Shown piece after piece: positions 36,914-45,618 of a stretch of 62,578 nt of DNA (positions are counted from its first letter, which is position 1; the number at the start of each line of letters is the position of its first letter). The DNA comes from Elusimicrobiota bacterium (GTDB lineage: Bacteria > Elusimicrobiota > Elusimicrobia > UBA1565 > JACRDR01): the NCBI GenBank assembly GCA_026388115.1, contig JAPLKK010000035.1:1-62578 (forward strand). Reading direction: 5' to 3'. Under the pieces are notes generated by a model. That model ran no database searches. It saw only the letters and a list, made by a program, of their open reading frames with translations, and was not told the origin of the DNA. A program made the position numbers and the translations under genes.

Positions 36914-36953
36914 ACCTTCGCTTGCGAAAGTTCATGCCTGGCACCTTCCGCTT

Positions 36954-39683
36954 CTACACCGCGACCGGCTCGCCTTCCCGCTCGGCCAGGAGCTGGCAGA
37001 GCACGTAAGGCAGGATGCCGCCGTAGCGGTAGTACTCGATCTCGACCGGCGTGTCGATGCGGACCAGCGCCTTGAACGCGATGGTCTTGCCGTTCTCGCC
37101 GCGCGCCGTCACCGAGACTTCCTTGCGCGGGGCGAGGTCGCGCGCGACGCCTTCGACCGCGAAGATCTCCGTGCCCGTCAGGCCCAAGGACGCGGCGTTC
37201 TCGCCCGCCGTGAACTGCAGGGGCAGCACGCCCATGCCGACGAGATTGGATCGGTGGATGCGCTCGTAGGATTCGGCGATGACCGCCTTGACGCCCAGCA
37301 GGTTCGGCCCCTTGGCCGCCCAATCGCGCGAGGAGCCCGAGCCGTACTCCTTTCCGGCCAGGATGATCAGCGGCGTGCCCTCCTTCTGGTACAGCGCCGA
37401 GGCCTCGAAGATGCTCATCGGCGTCCTGTCCGGCAGGTGCACGGTCACGCCGCCTTCGGTGCCGCCCGCCAGGGCGTTGCGCAGGCGGATGTTGGCGAAC
37501 GTGCCGCGCACCATCAGCTCGTGGTTGCCGCGCCGGGCGCCGTAGGAGTTGAAGTCCTTCTGCCCCACGCCGCGCGAGAGCAGGTACTGCCCCGCGGGCG
37601 AGTCCTTCGGGATCGAGCCCGCCGGCGAGATGTGGTCGGTCGTGACGGAGTCTCCGAGCACGGCCAGCACGCGCGCGCCCCGGATGTCGGCAAGGACGCC
37701 GCCCTCGCGCTTGAGCCCCTCGAAGTACGGCGGGTGCTTGATATAGCTCGAATCGGGATCCCAGGCGAAGCGCTCTCCCTCCGGCGCCTCGAGCCCGCGC
37801 CAGCGCTCGTCGCCGTCGTAGACGTTGGCGTACTGGCGCAGGAACAGCTCGCGCGTGACGTGCTTGCGCAGGGCTTGCTGCACCTCCGCCTCGCTCGGCC
37901 ACAGGTCGGCCAGATACATCGGGCGGCCGTCCTTGCCGGTCCCGAGCGGCTCCTGCGTCAGATCGATGTCCATGCGGCCGGCGAGAGCGTAGGCGACGAC
38001 CAAGGGCGGCGAGGCGAGATAATTCGCCTTCACTTGCGGGTGGATGCGGCCTTCGAAGTTCCTATTGCCAGAAAGCACGGCCGCTGTGATGAGCCGGCTT
38101 TGGGAGCTGGCTTCGGCAATGGGCTCCGCCAGGGGTCCGCTGGTGCCGATGCAGGTCGTGCACCCGTAGCCCACGAGATGGAAGCGGAGTTTCTCCAGAT
38201 ACGGCATGAGGCCCGAGTCTTTCAGGTAGTCGGTCACGACTTTCGAGCCCGGCGCGAGCGACGTCTTTACCCACGGCTTGACGGAAAGGCCGCGCTCGAC
38301 GGCCTTCTTCGCCAGGAGACCCGCCGCGATGAGGAGAGCCGGGTTCGAGGTATTGGTGCACGAGGTGATCGCGGCGATGACGACCGAATCGTGCGCCAGC
38401 TCGAAGGTTCGCCCGTCCATCGTCACCGGGACTCTCGTTCCCGCCGGCGCCGGGAGCTGGCCCTCCTTATCCTTCTTGTCGAGGAAGGCCGGAAGCTCTT
38501 TGTTCCACGCCGCCTTCGACTTGGCCAGCGGCACGCGGTCCTGCGGCCGGCGCGGGCCGGCGAGAGAAGGCTCGACCGAGCCGAGGTCGAAGTCGACGAC
38601 GTCGCTGAACGCGGGCTCGGGCGCGCCGTCGGCGTGGAAGAGCCCCTGGCCCTTGCAGTACGCCTCGACGAGGGCCAGCTGTTCGGCCGAGCGCCCGCTG
38701 AGCTTCAAGTACTCGATCGTCTGCGCGTCCACCGGGAAATAGGCGACCGTCGCTCCGTACTCGGGGCACATGTTCGCGATCGTGGCGCGGTCGGCCAAGG
38801 AGAGCTGGGCCAGCCCCGGGCCGAAGAACTCCACGAACTTGCCGACGACGCCCTTCTTGCGCAAGAGCTCGGTCACGGTGAGCACCGCGTCGGTGGCCGT
38901 GACGCCTGCGGCGAGCTTGCCTTTGAGCCGGAAGCCGACGACCGCCGGGATCAGCATGGACATGGGCTGGCCGAGCATGACCGCCTCGGCCTCGATGCCT
39001 CCGACGCCCCAGCCCATGACGCCGAGCCCGTTGATCATCGTCGTGTGCGAGTCGGTGCCCACGAGCGTGTCCGGGAACACGACCGTCGAGCCGTTCTCGG
39101 CGCGGGCGCTCACGACGCCGGCGAGATACTCGAGGTTCACCTGGTGCACGATGCCCGTCTCCGGCGGCACCACGCTGAAGTTCCGGAAAGCCTTCTGCCC
39201 CCATTTCAGGAACACGTAGCGCTGCCGGTTGCGCTCGAACTCCGCCGTCGCGTTGTAGGCGAAGGCGTCCGCCGAGCCGTACTTGTCCACCTGGACGGAA
39301 TGGTCGATGACGAGATCGACGGGCACCAGCGGATTGATCTTGCGCGGGTCTCCGCCGAGCTTGCGCATCGCGTCGCGCATCGCCGCCAGGTCCACGACCG
39401 CGGGTACGCCGGTGAAGTCCTGCATGAGCACGCGGCCGGGCATGAAGAAGACCTCGCGCGAGCCCGCGCCTTGCCCCGAGGCCAAGGCCTTGATGTCGTC
39501 GGCCTTCACGAAGCGGCCGTCTTCGTGACGCAGCATGTTCTCGAGGAAGATCTTCAGCGTCAGCGGCAGCCGGGCGATCGCGAACTGCTTTTCCAGCGCG
39601 CTGAGGCGGTAGATCTCGTAGTTCTTCCCGTTCAGCGACAGGGAGGAGCGGGTGCCGAAGCTGTCGAGCGAGCGCGTGCGCAT
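36954..39683 (-). CDS. acnA: Aconitate hydratase A
   Basis: 'RVLMQDFTGVP', 'GTDSHT', 'AITSCTNTSNP', 'GCTTCIG', 'SGNRNFEGR', 'TDHISPAG', 'YGSGSSRDWAAKG'. Confidence 0.98.
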   Translation of the reverse strand: MRTRSLDSFGTRSSLSLNGKNYEIYRLSALEKQFAIARLPLTLKIFLENMLRHEDGRFVKADDIKALASGQGAGSREVFFMPGRVLMQDFTGVPAVVDLAAMRDAMRKLGGDPRKINPLVPVDLVIDHSVQVDKYGSADAFAYNATAEFERNRQRYVFLKWGQKAFRNFSVVPPETGIVHQVNLEYLAGVVSARAENGSTVVFPDTLVGTDSHTTMINGLGVMGWGVGGIEAEAVMLGQPMSMLIPAVVGFRLKGKLAAGVTATDAVLTVTELLRKKGVVGKFVEFFGPGLAQLSLADRATIANMCPEYGATVAYFPVDAQTIEYLKLSGRSAEQLALVEAYCKGQGLFHADGAPEPAFSDVVDFDLGSVEPSLAGPRRPQDRVPLAKSKAAWNKELPAFLDKKDKEGQLPAPAGTRVPVTMDGRTFELAHDSVVIAAITSCTNTSNPALLIAAGLLAKKAVERGLSVKPWVKTSLAPGSKVVTDYLKDSGLMPYLEKLRFHLVGYGCTTCIGTSGPLAEPIAEASSQSRLITAAVLSGNRNFEGRIHPQVKANYLASPPLVVAYALAGRMDIDLTQEPLGTGKDGRPMYLADLWPSEAEVQQALRKHVTRELFLRQYANVYDGDERWRGLEAPEGERFAWDPDSSYIKHPPYFEGLKREGGVLADIRGARVLAVLGDSVTTDHISPAGSIPKDSPAGQYLLSRGVGQKDFNSYGARRGNHELMVRGTFANIRLRNALAGGTEGGVTVHLPDRTPMSIFEASALYQKEGTPLIILAGKEYGSGSSRDWAAKGPNLLGVKAVIAESYERIHRSNLVGMGVLPLQFTAGENAASLGLTGTEIFAVEGVARDLAPRKEVSVTARGENGKTIAFKALVRIDTPVEIEYYRYGGILPYVLCQLLAEREGEPVAV

Positions 39684-39691
39684 TGAGCCTC

Positions 39692-39720
39692 CAATAGGGG
39701 GTTCGGGAACCCTCCTATTG
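39692..39720. promoter_or_regulatory. Dyad overlapping acnA -10 element and SD
   Basis: Minus strand CAATAGG-A-GGGTTC-CC-GAACCC-CCTATTG; overlaps TACAAT (39722-39717) and abuts GGAGG. Confidence 0.6.
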
Positions 39721-39806
39721 TACCGATTTTGAGCCGCCGGCAGGCGGCGCCAGGAAAATGGCGCGATTGTATGGGGCGGGGGAAAGGGATAGAATTTCGA
39801 CGAAGA

Positions 39807-40370
39807 GTGAATGCGATCCGATGGGCGCCGTTCTTGATCCTCAGCGCCGGATTTCTGGCGTTTTCGGGCTGCGCGGTGCTGGCGCGGCGCGTGGGACTAC
39901 GTTACACCCCTTCGAAGAACGTGACCTCTCATCCGCGCCAGACGCCGCTGCAGATCGAGCCGTTCGCGGACCGGCGGCCGCGCAAGGCGGACTTCGGCCG
40001 CGCCTCCTCGGAGGTGCCGGGGCTGAAGCTGCCCATCCGTCCCTCCTCGGACGCCGCGGGCTGGGCGACCGCTGCGATGGGCTCGGAGCTGGCGGCGGCG
40101 GGCTATAGCACCCGCGCGAAGTCGGATGTCAAGGTCGGCGGCGTGCTTAAGGACGTCAGCTGCGGCTCCGGCGCGCGCACGGTCTGCGCGGTCAAGATCG
40201 AGGCTTGGGTCGTCATGAAGGATGGGTGGCAGCTCCTGCGCCAGGATTACAGCGGCGAGGGCTTGCTTCCGCCGATGTTCGGGGAGGATCCATACGAGCT
40301 GTCGCTCGAGGAAGCGATGCGCGAGGCGTTGGACAGCTTCCGCAAAGACGTGGAGAGGTTGGTGCCATGA
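39807..40370 (+). CDS. YajG-like lipoprotein
   Basis: Lipobox 'LAFSGC'; 'IEPFADRRP'; 'AL..A..' terminal helix. Confidence 0.65.
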   Translation: MNAIRWAPFLILSAGFLAFSGCAVLARRVGLRYTPSKNVTSHPRQTPLQIEPFADRRPRKADFGRASSEVPGLKLPIRPSSDAAGWATAAMGSELAAAGYSTRAKSDVKVGGVLKDVSCGSGARTVCAVKIEAWVVMKDGWQLLRQDYSGEGLLPPMFGEDPYELSLEEAMREALDSFRKDVERLVP

Positions 40371-40765
40371 GACGAATTGTCCTTGCTTTCGCGCTGGTCC
40401 TGGCGGGCCTGGCTCGCGCCGCCGCGCCGGCGCCCGAGACGCTCGATGGCACCGAGTGGAAGGTCCGCAACAAGAGCTTCAAGGCGAAGATCGTCTTCTG
40501 GCATTTCGACCACATCTCCTTCCGCGACGGCCTCTTCGAGTCGCGCGATTGGAAGGCGAAGGGTTTTGCTCCGGCATCCTTCGTGGCCGCCAAGCCCAGC
40601 GAGAGCGTGACGTGGACCGCGAGCCTTGCGAGCCCCGACCAAGGCAAGCTCGTCTGGGAGGGCCGCCGCGAGGGGGCGCGGATGGAAGGGACCTGGACTT
40701 GGCGCCGGCCGAACGGCAAGAGCAAGACCATGCCGTGGAGCGCCAAGCAGGTGTTCCACCGCTGA
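40367..40765 (+). CDS. Secreted hypothetical beta-barrel-like protein
   Basis: Signal peptide; ATGA overlap with upstream gene. Confidence 0.7.
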   Translation: MRRIVLAFALVLAGLARAAAPAPETLDGTEWKVRNKSFKAKIVFWHFDHISFRDGLFESRDWKAKGFAPASFVAAKPSESVTWTASLASPDQGKLVWEGRREGARMEGTWTWRRPNGKSKTMPWSAKQVFHR

Positions 40766-40870
40766 CATCGGCGGCGCTCCGGGGGTCCCCTATTAGGGGG
40801 CGGGGAATACGGAATCTCGTCGAGGAATCGTCACCCAACGGCCGGCCGGTAATTTTGTAGACTTGGCCCA

Positions 40871-43015
40871 ATGAACCCTGCGGACTGGCATCTTCCCGAC
40901 CGCCTCGCCCGGCTCGGAGACTTGGCTTACAACCTTTGGTGGAGCTGGCATCCCGAGGCCCGGGCGCTGTTCAAGGGCGTGGACCGCACCCGCTGGAAGA
41001 CCGGCAACCACAACCCGGTCCGCCTCATCAAGGAGACCCTGCCCGAGCGGTGGCAGCAGCTGGCCAAAGACGCCGCCTTCCTGCGGCACTACGACGCCGT
41101 CATCTCGGCTTTCGACGCCTACCTGTCGGACCAGCACACCTGGTACCGCACCGCGTACCCGGAAAAGCGCGAGCCGATCGCCTACTTCTCGGCGGAGTTC
41201 GGCGTCCATAACTCCCTGCCGATCTATTCCGGCGGCCTCGGCATCCTGGCGGGCGACCATTGCAAGGCGGCCTCGGACCTGGGCCTGCCGCTGATCGGCG
41301 TCGGCTTCATGTACCCGCAAGGGTACGTGCACCAGAAGGTCGGCATCGAGGGCTGGCAGCAGAACATCTACGACCACATCGACTGGAAGGTCGCCCCGGT
41401 CGAGCCCGTCTTGCGGCCCAACGGCGAGCGGATGGTCCTCAACGTCTCCTTGGGCTCCTGGTCCCTCTATCTGTCCGTGTTCCAGGTCATCTGCGGCCGC
41501 ATCAAGCTGTACTTGATGGACACCAACGTCGAGGGGAACACTCCCGCCGACCGCGAGGTGTCGGGCCGTCTCTACGGAGGCGATCAGACCACCCGCCTTC
41601 GCCAGGAGATCGTGCTGGGGATGGGCGGCGTGCGGGTCCTGCGCGAGCTGGGCATCGAGCCTGCGGTCATGCACATCAACGAGGGCCACGCCGCCTTCGC
41701 CTTCCTGGAGCGCCTGCGCGAGCTCGTGGCCGGCGGCCAGTCTTTCTCGGCCGCGCTCGAGGCCCTGCAGACCCAGGCCGTGTTCACGACCCACACGCCC
41801 GTGCCGGCCGGACACGACGTCTTCCCGGAGTCGCTCATCCTCGATTATTTTAGGGATTACTGGAAGCAGCTGGGCATCGCGGAGGACGAGTTCCTGGAGC
41901 TCGGGCGCTTCGGCGAACGTGAAGGCTGGAATATGACCGCGCTCGCCATGCGGCTGGCCGGCAGGCGCAACGGCGTGAGCCAGCGCCACGGCGAAGTGTC
42001 GCGGGCGATGTGGAATTCCCTTTGGCCGGACAGGCGCGAGGAGCAGGTGCCGGTCGCCCATGTGACCAACGGCGTCCACTTGGCGACCTGGGTCAACCAG
42101 AGCATGTCGAACCTCCTCAACCGCTACCTGGGGCCGCAGTGGCTGGCCAAGCAGGACGACCCGCGCCTTTGGGCGAAGATCGACGATATCCCCGACAACG
42201 AGCTTTGGGCCGTTCACCAGTACTGCAGGCGGGAGCTGATCAATCTGGTGCGCCAGAAGGTGCGCCGGCGCTGGATGGAAGACCGCGTGGACCCGAGCCA
42301 GGTGCTCGCGGGCGGCGCGTTGCTGGACCCCGAGGCGCTGACCATCGGCTTCGCCCGGCGGTTCGCGAGCTACAAGCGCGCCGGCCTCATCTTTTCCGAC
42401 ATCGAGCGCCTGCGCAAGCTGCTGCTCGACCCCTGGCGGCCGGTGCAGATCCTCTTCGCGGGCAAGTCCCATCCGGCCGACGACGTGGGCAAGGCGCTCA
42501 TCCAGCAGGTGTACCACCTCGCCAAGGACCCCTCGCTCGGCGGCCACATCGCCTTCATCGAGGATTACGACATGCACGTCGCCCGCTACTTCGTGCAAGG
42601 CTGCGATCTGTGGCTCAACAACCCCCTGCCGCCTTTGGAGGCGTGCGGGACCAGCGGCCAAAAGGCCGCCGTCAACGGCGTGCCGAACCTCAGCATCCTC
42701 GACGGCTGGTGGGTCGAGGGCTATAGCCACCATAACGGCTGGGCGATCTCCGAAGGGGCCCAGCTCGCCTCCGACCACCGCGACGCGGAGGACGCCGAGA
42801 GCCTGTACACCCTTCTCGAAGAGAAGATCGTGCCGCTCTTCTACGAGCACGACCTGCACGACGCCCCGCAGGGCTGGCTCGAGGTGATGCGGGAGTCCAT
42901 CAAGACCGTGGCCCCGGTCTTCTGCGCGAACCGGATGGTGAAGGACTACACGCGCGAGATGTACCTGCCCGGCGTCGCGAAGGAGCCCGAGCGGATGGCG
43001 GGCGCCCGCCGCTGA
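40871..43015 (+). CDS. glgP: Alpha-glucan (glycogen/maltodextrin) phosphorylase
   Basis: 'AYFSAEFG', 'YSGGLG.LAGD..K', 'H.NEGH', 'FARRFASYKR', 'EACGTSGQK'. Confidence 0.97.
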   Translation: MNPADWHLPDRLARLGDLAYNLWWSWHPEARALFKGVDRTRWKTGNHNPVRLIKETLPERWQQLAKDAAFLRHYDAVISAFDAYLSDQHTWYRTAYPEKREPIAYFSAEFGVHNSLPIYSGGLGILAGDHCKAASDLGLPLIGVGFMYPQGYVHQKVGIEGWQQNIYDHIDWKVAPVEPVLRPNGERMVLNVSLGSWSLYLSVFQVICGRIKLYLMDTNVEGNTPADREVSGRLYGGDQTTRLRQEIVLGMGGVRVLRELGIEPAVMHINEGHAAFAFLERLRELVAGGQSFSAALEALQTQAVFTTHTPVPAGHDVFPESLILDYFRDYWKQLGIAEDEFLELGRFGEREGWNMTALAMRLAGRRNGVSQRHGEVSRAMWNSLWPDRREEQVPVAHVTNGVHLATWVNQSMSNLLNRYLGPQWLAKQDDPRLWAKIDDIPDNELWAVHQYCRRELINLVRQKVRRRWMEDRVDPSQVLAGGALLDPEALTIGFARRFASYKRAGLIFSDIERLRKLLLDPWRPVQILFAGKSHPADDVGKALIQQVYHLAKDPSLGGHIAFIEDYDMHVARYFVQGCDLWLNNPLPPLEACGTSGQKAAVNGVPNLSILDGWWVEGYSHHNGWAISEGAQLASDHRDAEDAESLYTLLEEKIVPLFYEHDLHDAPQGWLEVMRESIKTVAPVFCANRMVKDYTREMYLPGVAKEPERMAGARR

Positions 43016-43017
43016 CC

Positions 43018-43635
43018 GTGGTGTCCCTCGCGGCGCTTCTCTTCGCGGTGCAGGTCCAGGCCAAGCCGCGACCCGTGCCGGGCCTCTTGGATCGGGTCCA
43101 GGTCGTGCAGATCGAGGGCTCGGAGCTGCGGGCCTATGGGCGGCCCGTCGAACCGGGTTATTTCGTCGCCCCGGGGACGCGCCTGGAGATCTCCGCCGGG
43201 GGGCGCGCCGTCCTCGACTTCTCGGGGCAGGGCATCGTCGAGCTGCGCGGGCCCGCCACCGTCGAGGTCGTGTCCCGCCCCCGGCCGGGCATCAGCGTCG
43301 TCCGCGGCCGCATCCTGGCCGTGCTGGAAGGGCTCAAGAGCCCCTTTTCGGTCAAGGCGCGGATCTTCTCGATCATCGTCACCCGGGGCGCGGACCTTTA
43401 CGTGGACCTCATGGGACGAGACGACATGTATCTGTGCGCCTGCCGGGGGACCGTGCAGGTGACCGATGAGCAGCCGAGCGGCTACCGCAAGATCCTCACC
43501 GCCGAGGACCACCGGGGGCTCGGCTACAGGCTCACCACCCTTGACGGCCGCGTCAGTGCGATCGAGTCGGATCATGAGCTGGAAGGCCACTCGGATTCGG
43601 ACCTCGACGCCTTGCGCTCGCTCGCCGCGAAATAG
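43018..43635 (+). CDS. FecR-like beta-strand domain secreted protein
   Basis: 'G..L....GG.A.L.F..Q..V.L', 'VRGRI', 'TRG.D..V', 'C.GTV.V'. Confidence 0.6.
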   Translation: MVSLAALLFAVQVQAKPRPVPGLLDRVQVVQIEGSELRAYGRPVEPGYFVAPGTRLEISAGGRAVLDFSGQGIVELRGPATVEVVSRPRPGISVVRGRILAVLEGLKSPFSVKARIFSIIVTRGADLYVDLMGRDDMYLCACRGTVQVTDEQPSGYRKILTAEDHRGLGYRLTTLDGRVSAIESDHELEGHSDSDLDALRSLAAK

Positions 43636-43641
43636 ACCGGG

Positions 43642-44115
43642 ATGACGACGAAGCACTGGTCGGACCCGCGCGGCTTCGGCTTGGAGCTCCCCGGCAGCTG
43701 GGGCACGGGCGCGGAGGTCCATCGGCCCGAGAGCATCGGCCAGGGGGCCGCGCTGGTCGCGGCCGCGCCCGAAGGCGACCTGCTCTTCGAGCTGTACTCT
43801 CTCAAGCCCAACCCGCTCAAGCTGTACGCCGACCTGTATCAGGAGAACGCGCGCCGCTACCACCTCGAGGTGCGCGTCATGGGCACCGGCGTCTACGAGC
43901 TCGACAGCGGCCACCGCTGCCTGCGCCTGACGTTGACGGACATCGAGCGGATGGTCGAAGGCTCGCGCTCGGAGTTCACGACCGACTATTACCTCATCGA
44001 TTTCGGCGAGCGCGTCTTGAGCCTGAACTTCAAGGTGATCACCTCTCGCTACGCCGAGCGCGAACCGCTCTTCGCGGCCGTCGTGGACAGCCTGCGCGTC
44101 GAAGAGCTCGCGTGA
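43642..44115 (+). CDS. Hypothetical protein
   Basis: Co-oriented in operon; natural composition. Confidence 0.65.
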   Translation: MTTKHWSDPRGFGLELPGSWGTGAEVHRPESIGQGAALVAAAPEGDLLFELYSLKPNPLKLYADLYQENARRYHLEVRVMGTGVYELDSGHRCLRLTLTDIERMVEGSRSEFTTDYYLIDFGERVLSLNFKVITSRYAEREPLFAAVVDSLRVEELA

Positions 44116-44978
44116 AGCGGGCCCGCGTCCTCGCCGCCTGTGTCGCCGCCGCCTTCCTCGGCCTCAACGTCGCCGCTTATCGGCAAGCCCGCTCGATGAT
44201 CCGCGCGAACCACAAGCCGAATCGGCAGTCTCCGACGGATTTTGGGATGACGTTCGAGACGGTCGCCTTCCCTGGCGCCCGCGGCGTCCCGGTGGAGGCG
44301 TGGCTGGCGCGCGCGCCGAAGTCGTCGGGGCTCGTCATCCTGTTCCATGGCTACCACGACTCGAAAGGTTCCGTGCTCCCCGCGGCTCGCGAGTTCGCGC
44401 GGTTCGGCTACGATACCCTGCTCGTCGATTTCAACGGCTCCGGAGGCTCTGCCGGCGACGAGACGACCGTGGGGTATGTCGAGGCGGAGGTCGTGGTCGA
44501 GGCGGTCCGCTGGTCGCGCGAACGCTTCCCCGGTGTCCGGCCGATCCTTTTCGGCGCCTCGATGGGGGCCGTCGCCATTCTGAGGGCGGTGGACGCGCTG
44601 GATGTCGAGGCCCGGGCGGTCATCCTGGAAGCGCCGTTCGACCGGATGCTCTGCGCCGTGCGGCACCGGCTGAACCGCCGATGGCTGCCGGCCGACCCGT
44701 TGGCCGAGTTCCTGCTCTTCTGGGGCGGCGTCCAGACGCATTTCAACGGTTTCCGCCATAACCCGGTCGAGTACGCGCGCGGCGTCCGCTGCCCGGCCCT
44801 GCTCCTCTTCGGCGACAAGGACCCCAACATCAGCCTTGCCGAGACCGAGGAGATCTACGGCAATCTCCCCGCGGCCAAGTCCCTGCACGTGTTCCACGGG
44901 GCGGCGCACCAGCTGCTCGCCACGGCGCGGCCCACCGAGTGGCGCCAGGCCGTCCGGGCCTTCCTGAAGAGTCTCTAA
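44112..44978 (+). CDS. Alpha/beta hydrolase
   Basis: 'LFHGY', nucleophile 'GASMG', 'FGDKD', terminal 'AAH'. Confidence 0.9.
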   Translation: MKRARVLAACVAAAFLGLNVAAYRQARSMIRANHKPNRQSPTDFGMTFETVAFPGARGVPVEAWLARAPKSSGLVILFHGYHDSKGSVLPAAREFARFGYDTLLVDFNGSGGSAGDETTVGYVEAEVVVEAVRWSRERFPGVRPILFGASMGAVAILRAVDALDVEARAVILEAPFDRMLCAVRHRLNRRWLPADPLAEFLLFWGGVQTHFNGFRHNPVEYARGVRCPALLLFGDKDPNISLAETEEIYGNLPAAKSLHVFHGAAHQLLATARPTEWRQAVRAFLKSL

Positions 44979-44995
44979 CCCGGGCGATACGAGCG

Positions 44996-45022
44996 TTCAA
45001 GGTCGCAAATTGCGACCTTGAA
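44996..45022. promoter_or_regulatory. 27-bp perfect palindrome upstream of ORF6N gene
   Basis: TTCAAGGTCGCAA-A-TTGCGACCTTGAA; near-identical copy inside the gene at 45301-45325. Confidence 0.75.
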
Positions 45023-45090
45023 AAGGAAGAACATCGAACGCTCTGAAGGCGCCTCTTTCGGGGAACTTTCGATGTCGCTCATTCGTATAT

Positions 45091-45618
45091 ATGGGCATGG
45101 CTTTCGCGACGCCCGCCTTGCCCTTGGAGCGGCGAATCTGGATCATCCGCGGTCGGCGCGTCATGCTCGATGCGGACCTTGCAGAGGTCTACGGCGTTCC
45201 AACGAAACGCCTCAACGAACAGGTGCGGCGCAATCCAGGCCGGTTCCCGACGGGTTTCATGTTTCGGTTGACGCGTGCCGAGGCCCGGGTGATATCGCGT
45301 TTAAGGTCGCAATCTGCGACCTTAAGATGGGGCCAGAACATCAAGTATCTCCCGCTCGCGTTCACCGAGCATGGAGCGGTGATGCTGGCGAGCGTACTGA
45401 ACTCCTCTGTCGCTGTCGGCGCAATCATTGAGGTCGTTAGGGCGTTTGTCCGACTACGGGAGATGATCGCCAAGCGTGCCGGCCTGGGACGGAGGCTTAC
45501 CGCTCTTGAGCGCAAAGTCAGCGGCAACTCCCAGGACATCACACGCATATTCAACGTTCTCCAGGGCCTCATCGAGCCGTCCGCGCCTGTTCCGAAGCGG
45601 ATCGGCTTCTCCCCATGA
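45091..45618 (+). CDS. ORF6N (KilA-N-related) domain protein
   Basis: 'IRGRRVMLDADLA..YGV.TKRLNEQVRRN..RFP..FMF.LT..E', 'LP.AFTEHG..ML.SVLNS', 'IGF' tail. Confidence 0.92.
   Translation: MGMAFATPALPLERRIWIIRGRRVMLDADLAEVYGVPTKRLNEQVRRNPGRFPTGFMFRLTRAEARVISRLRSQSATLRWGQNIKYLPLAFTEHGAVMLASVLNSSVAVGAIIEVVRAFVRLREMIAKRAGLGRRLTALERKVSGNSQDITRIFNVLQGLIEPSAPVPKRIGFSP

Noticed and set aside
38135-38165. AcnA motif reads CIGTSG instead of the usual CIGNSG
   Set aside because: Single-base difference (ACC vs AAC) with all three Cys ligands intact; cannot separate polymorphism from error.
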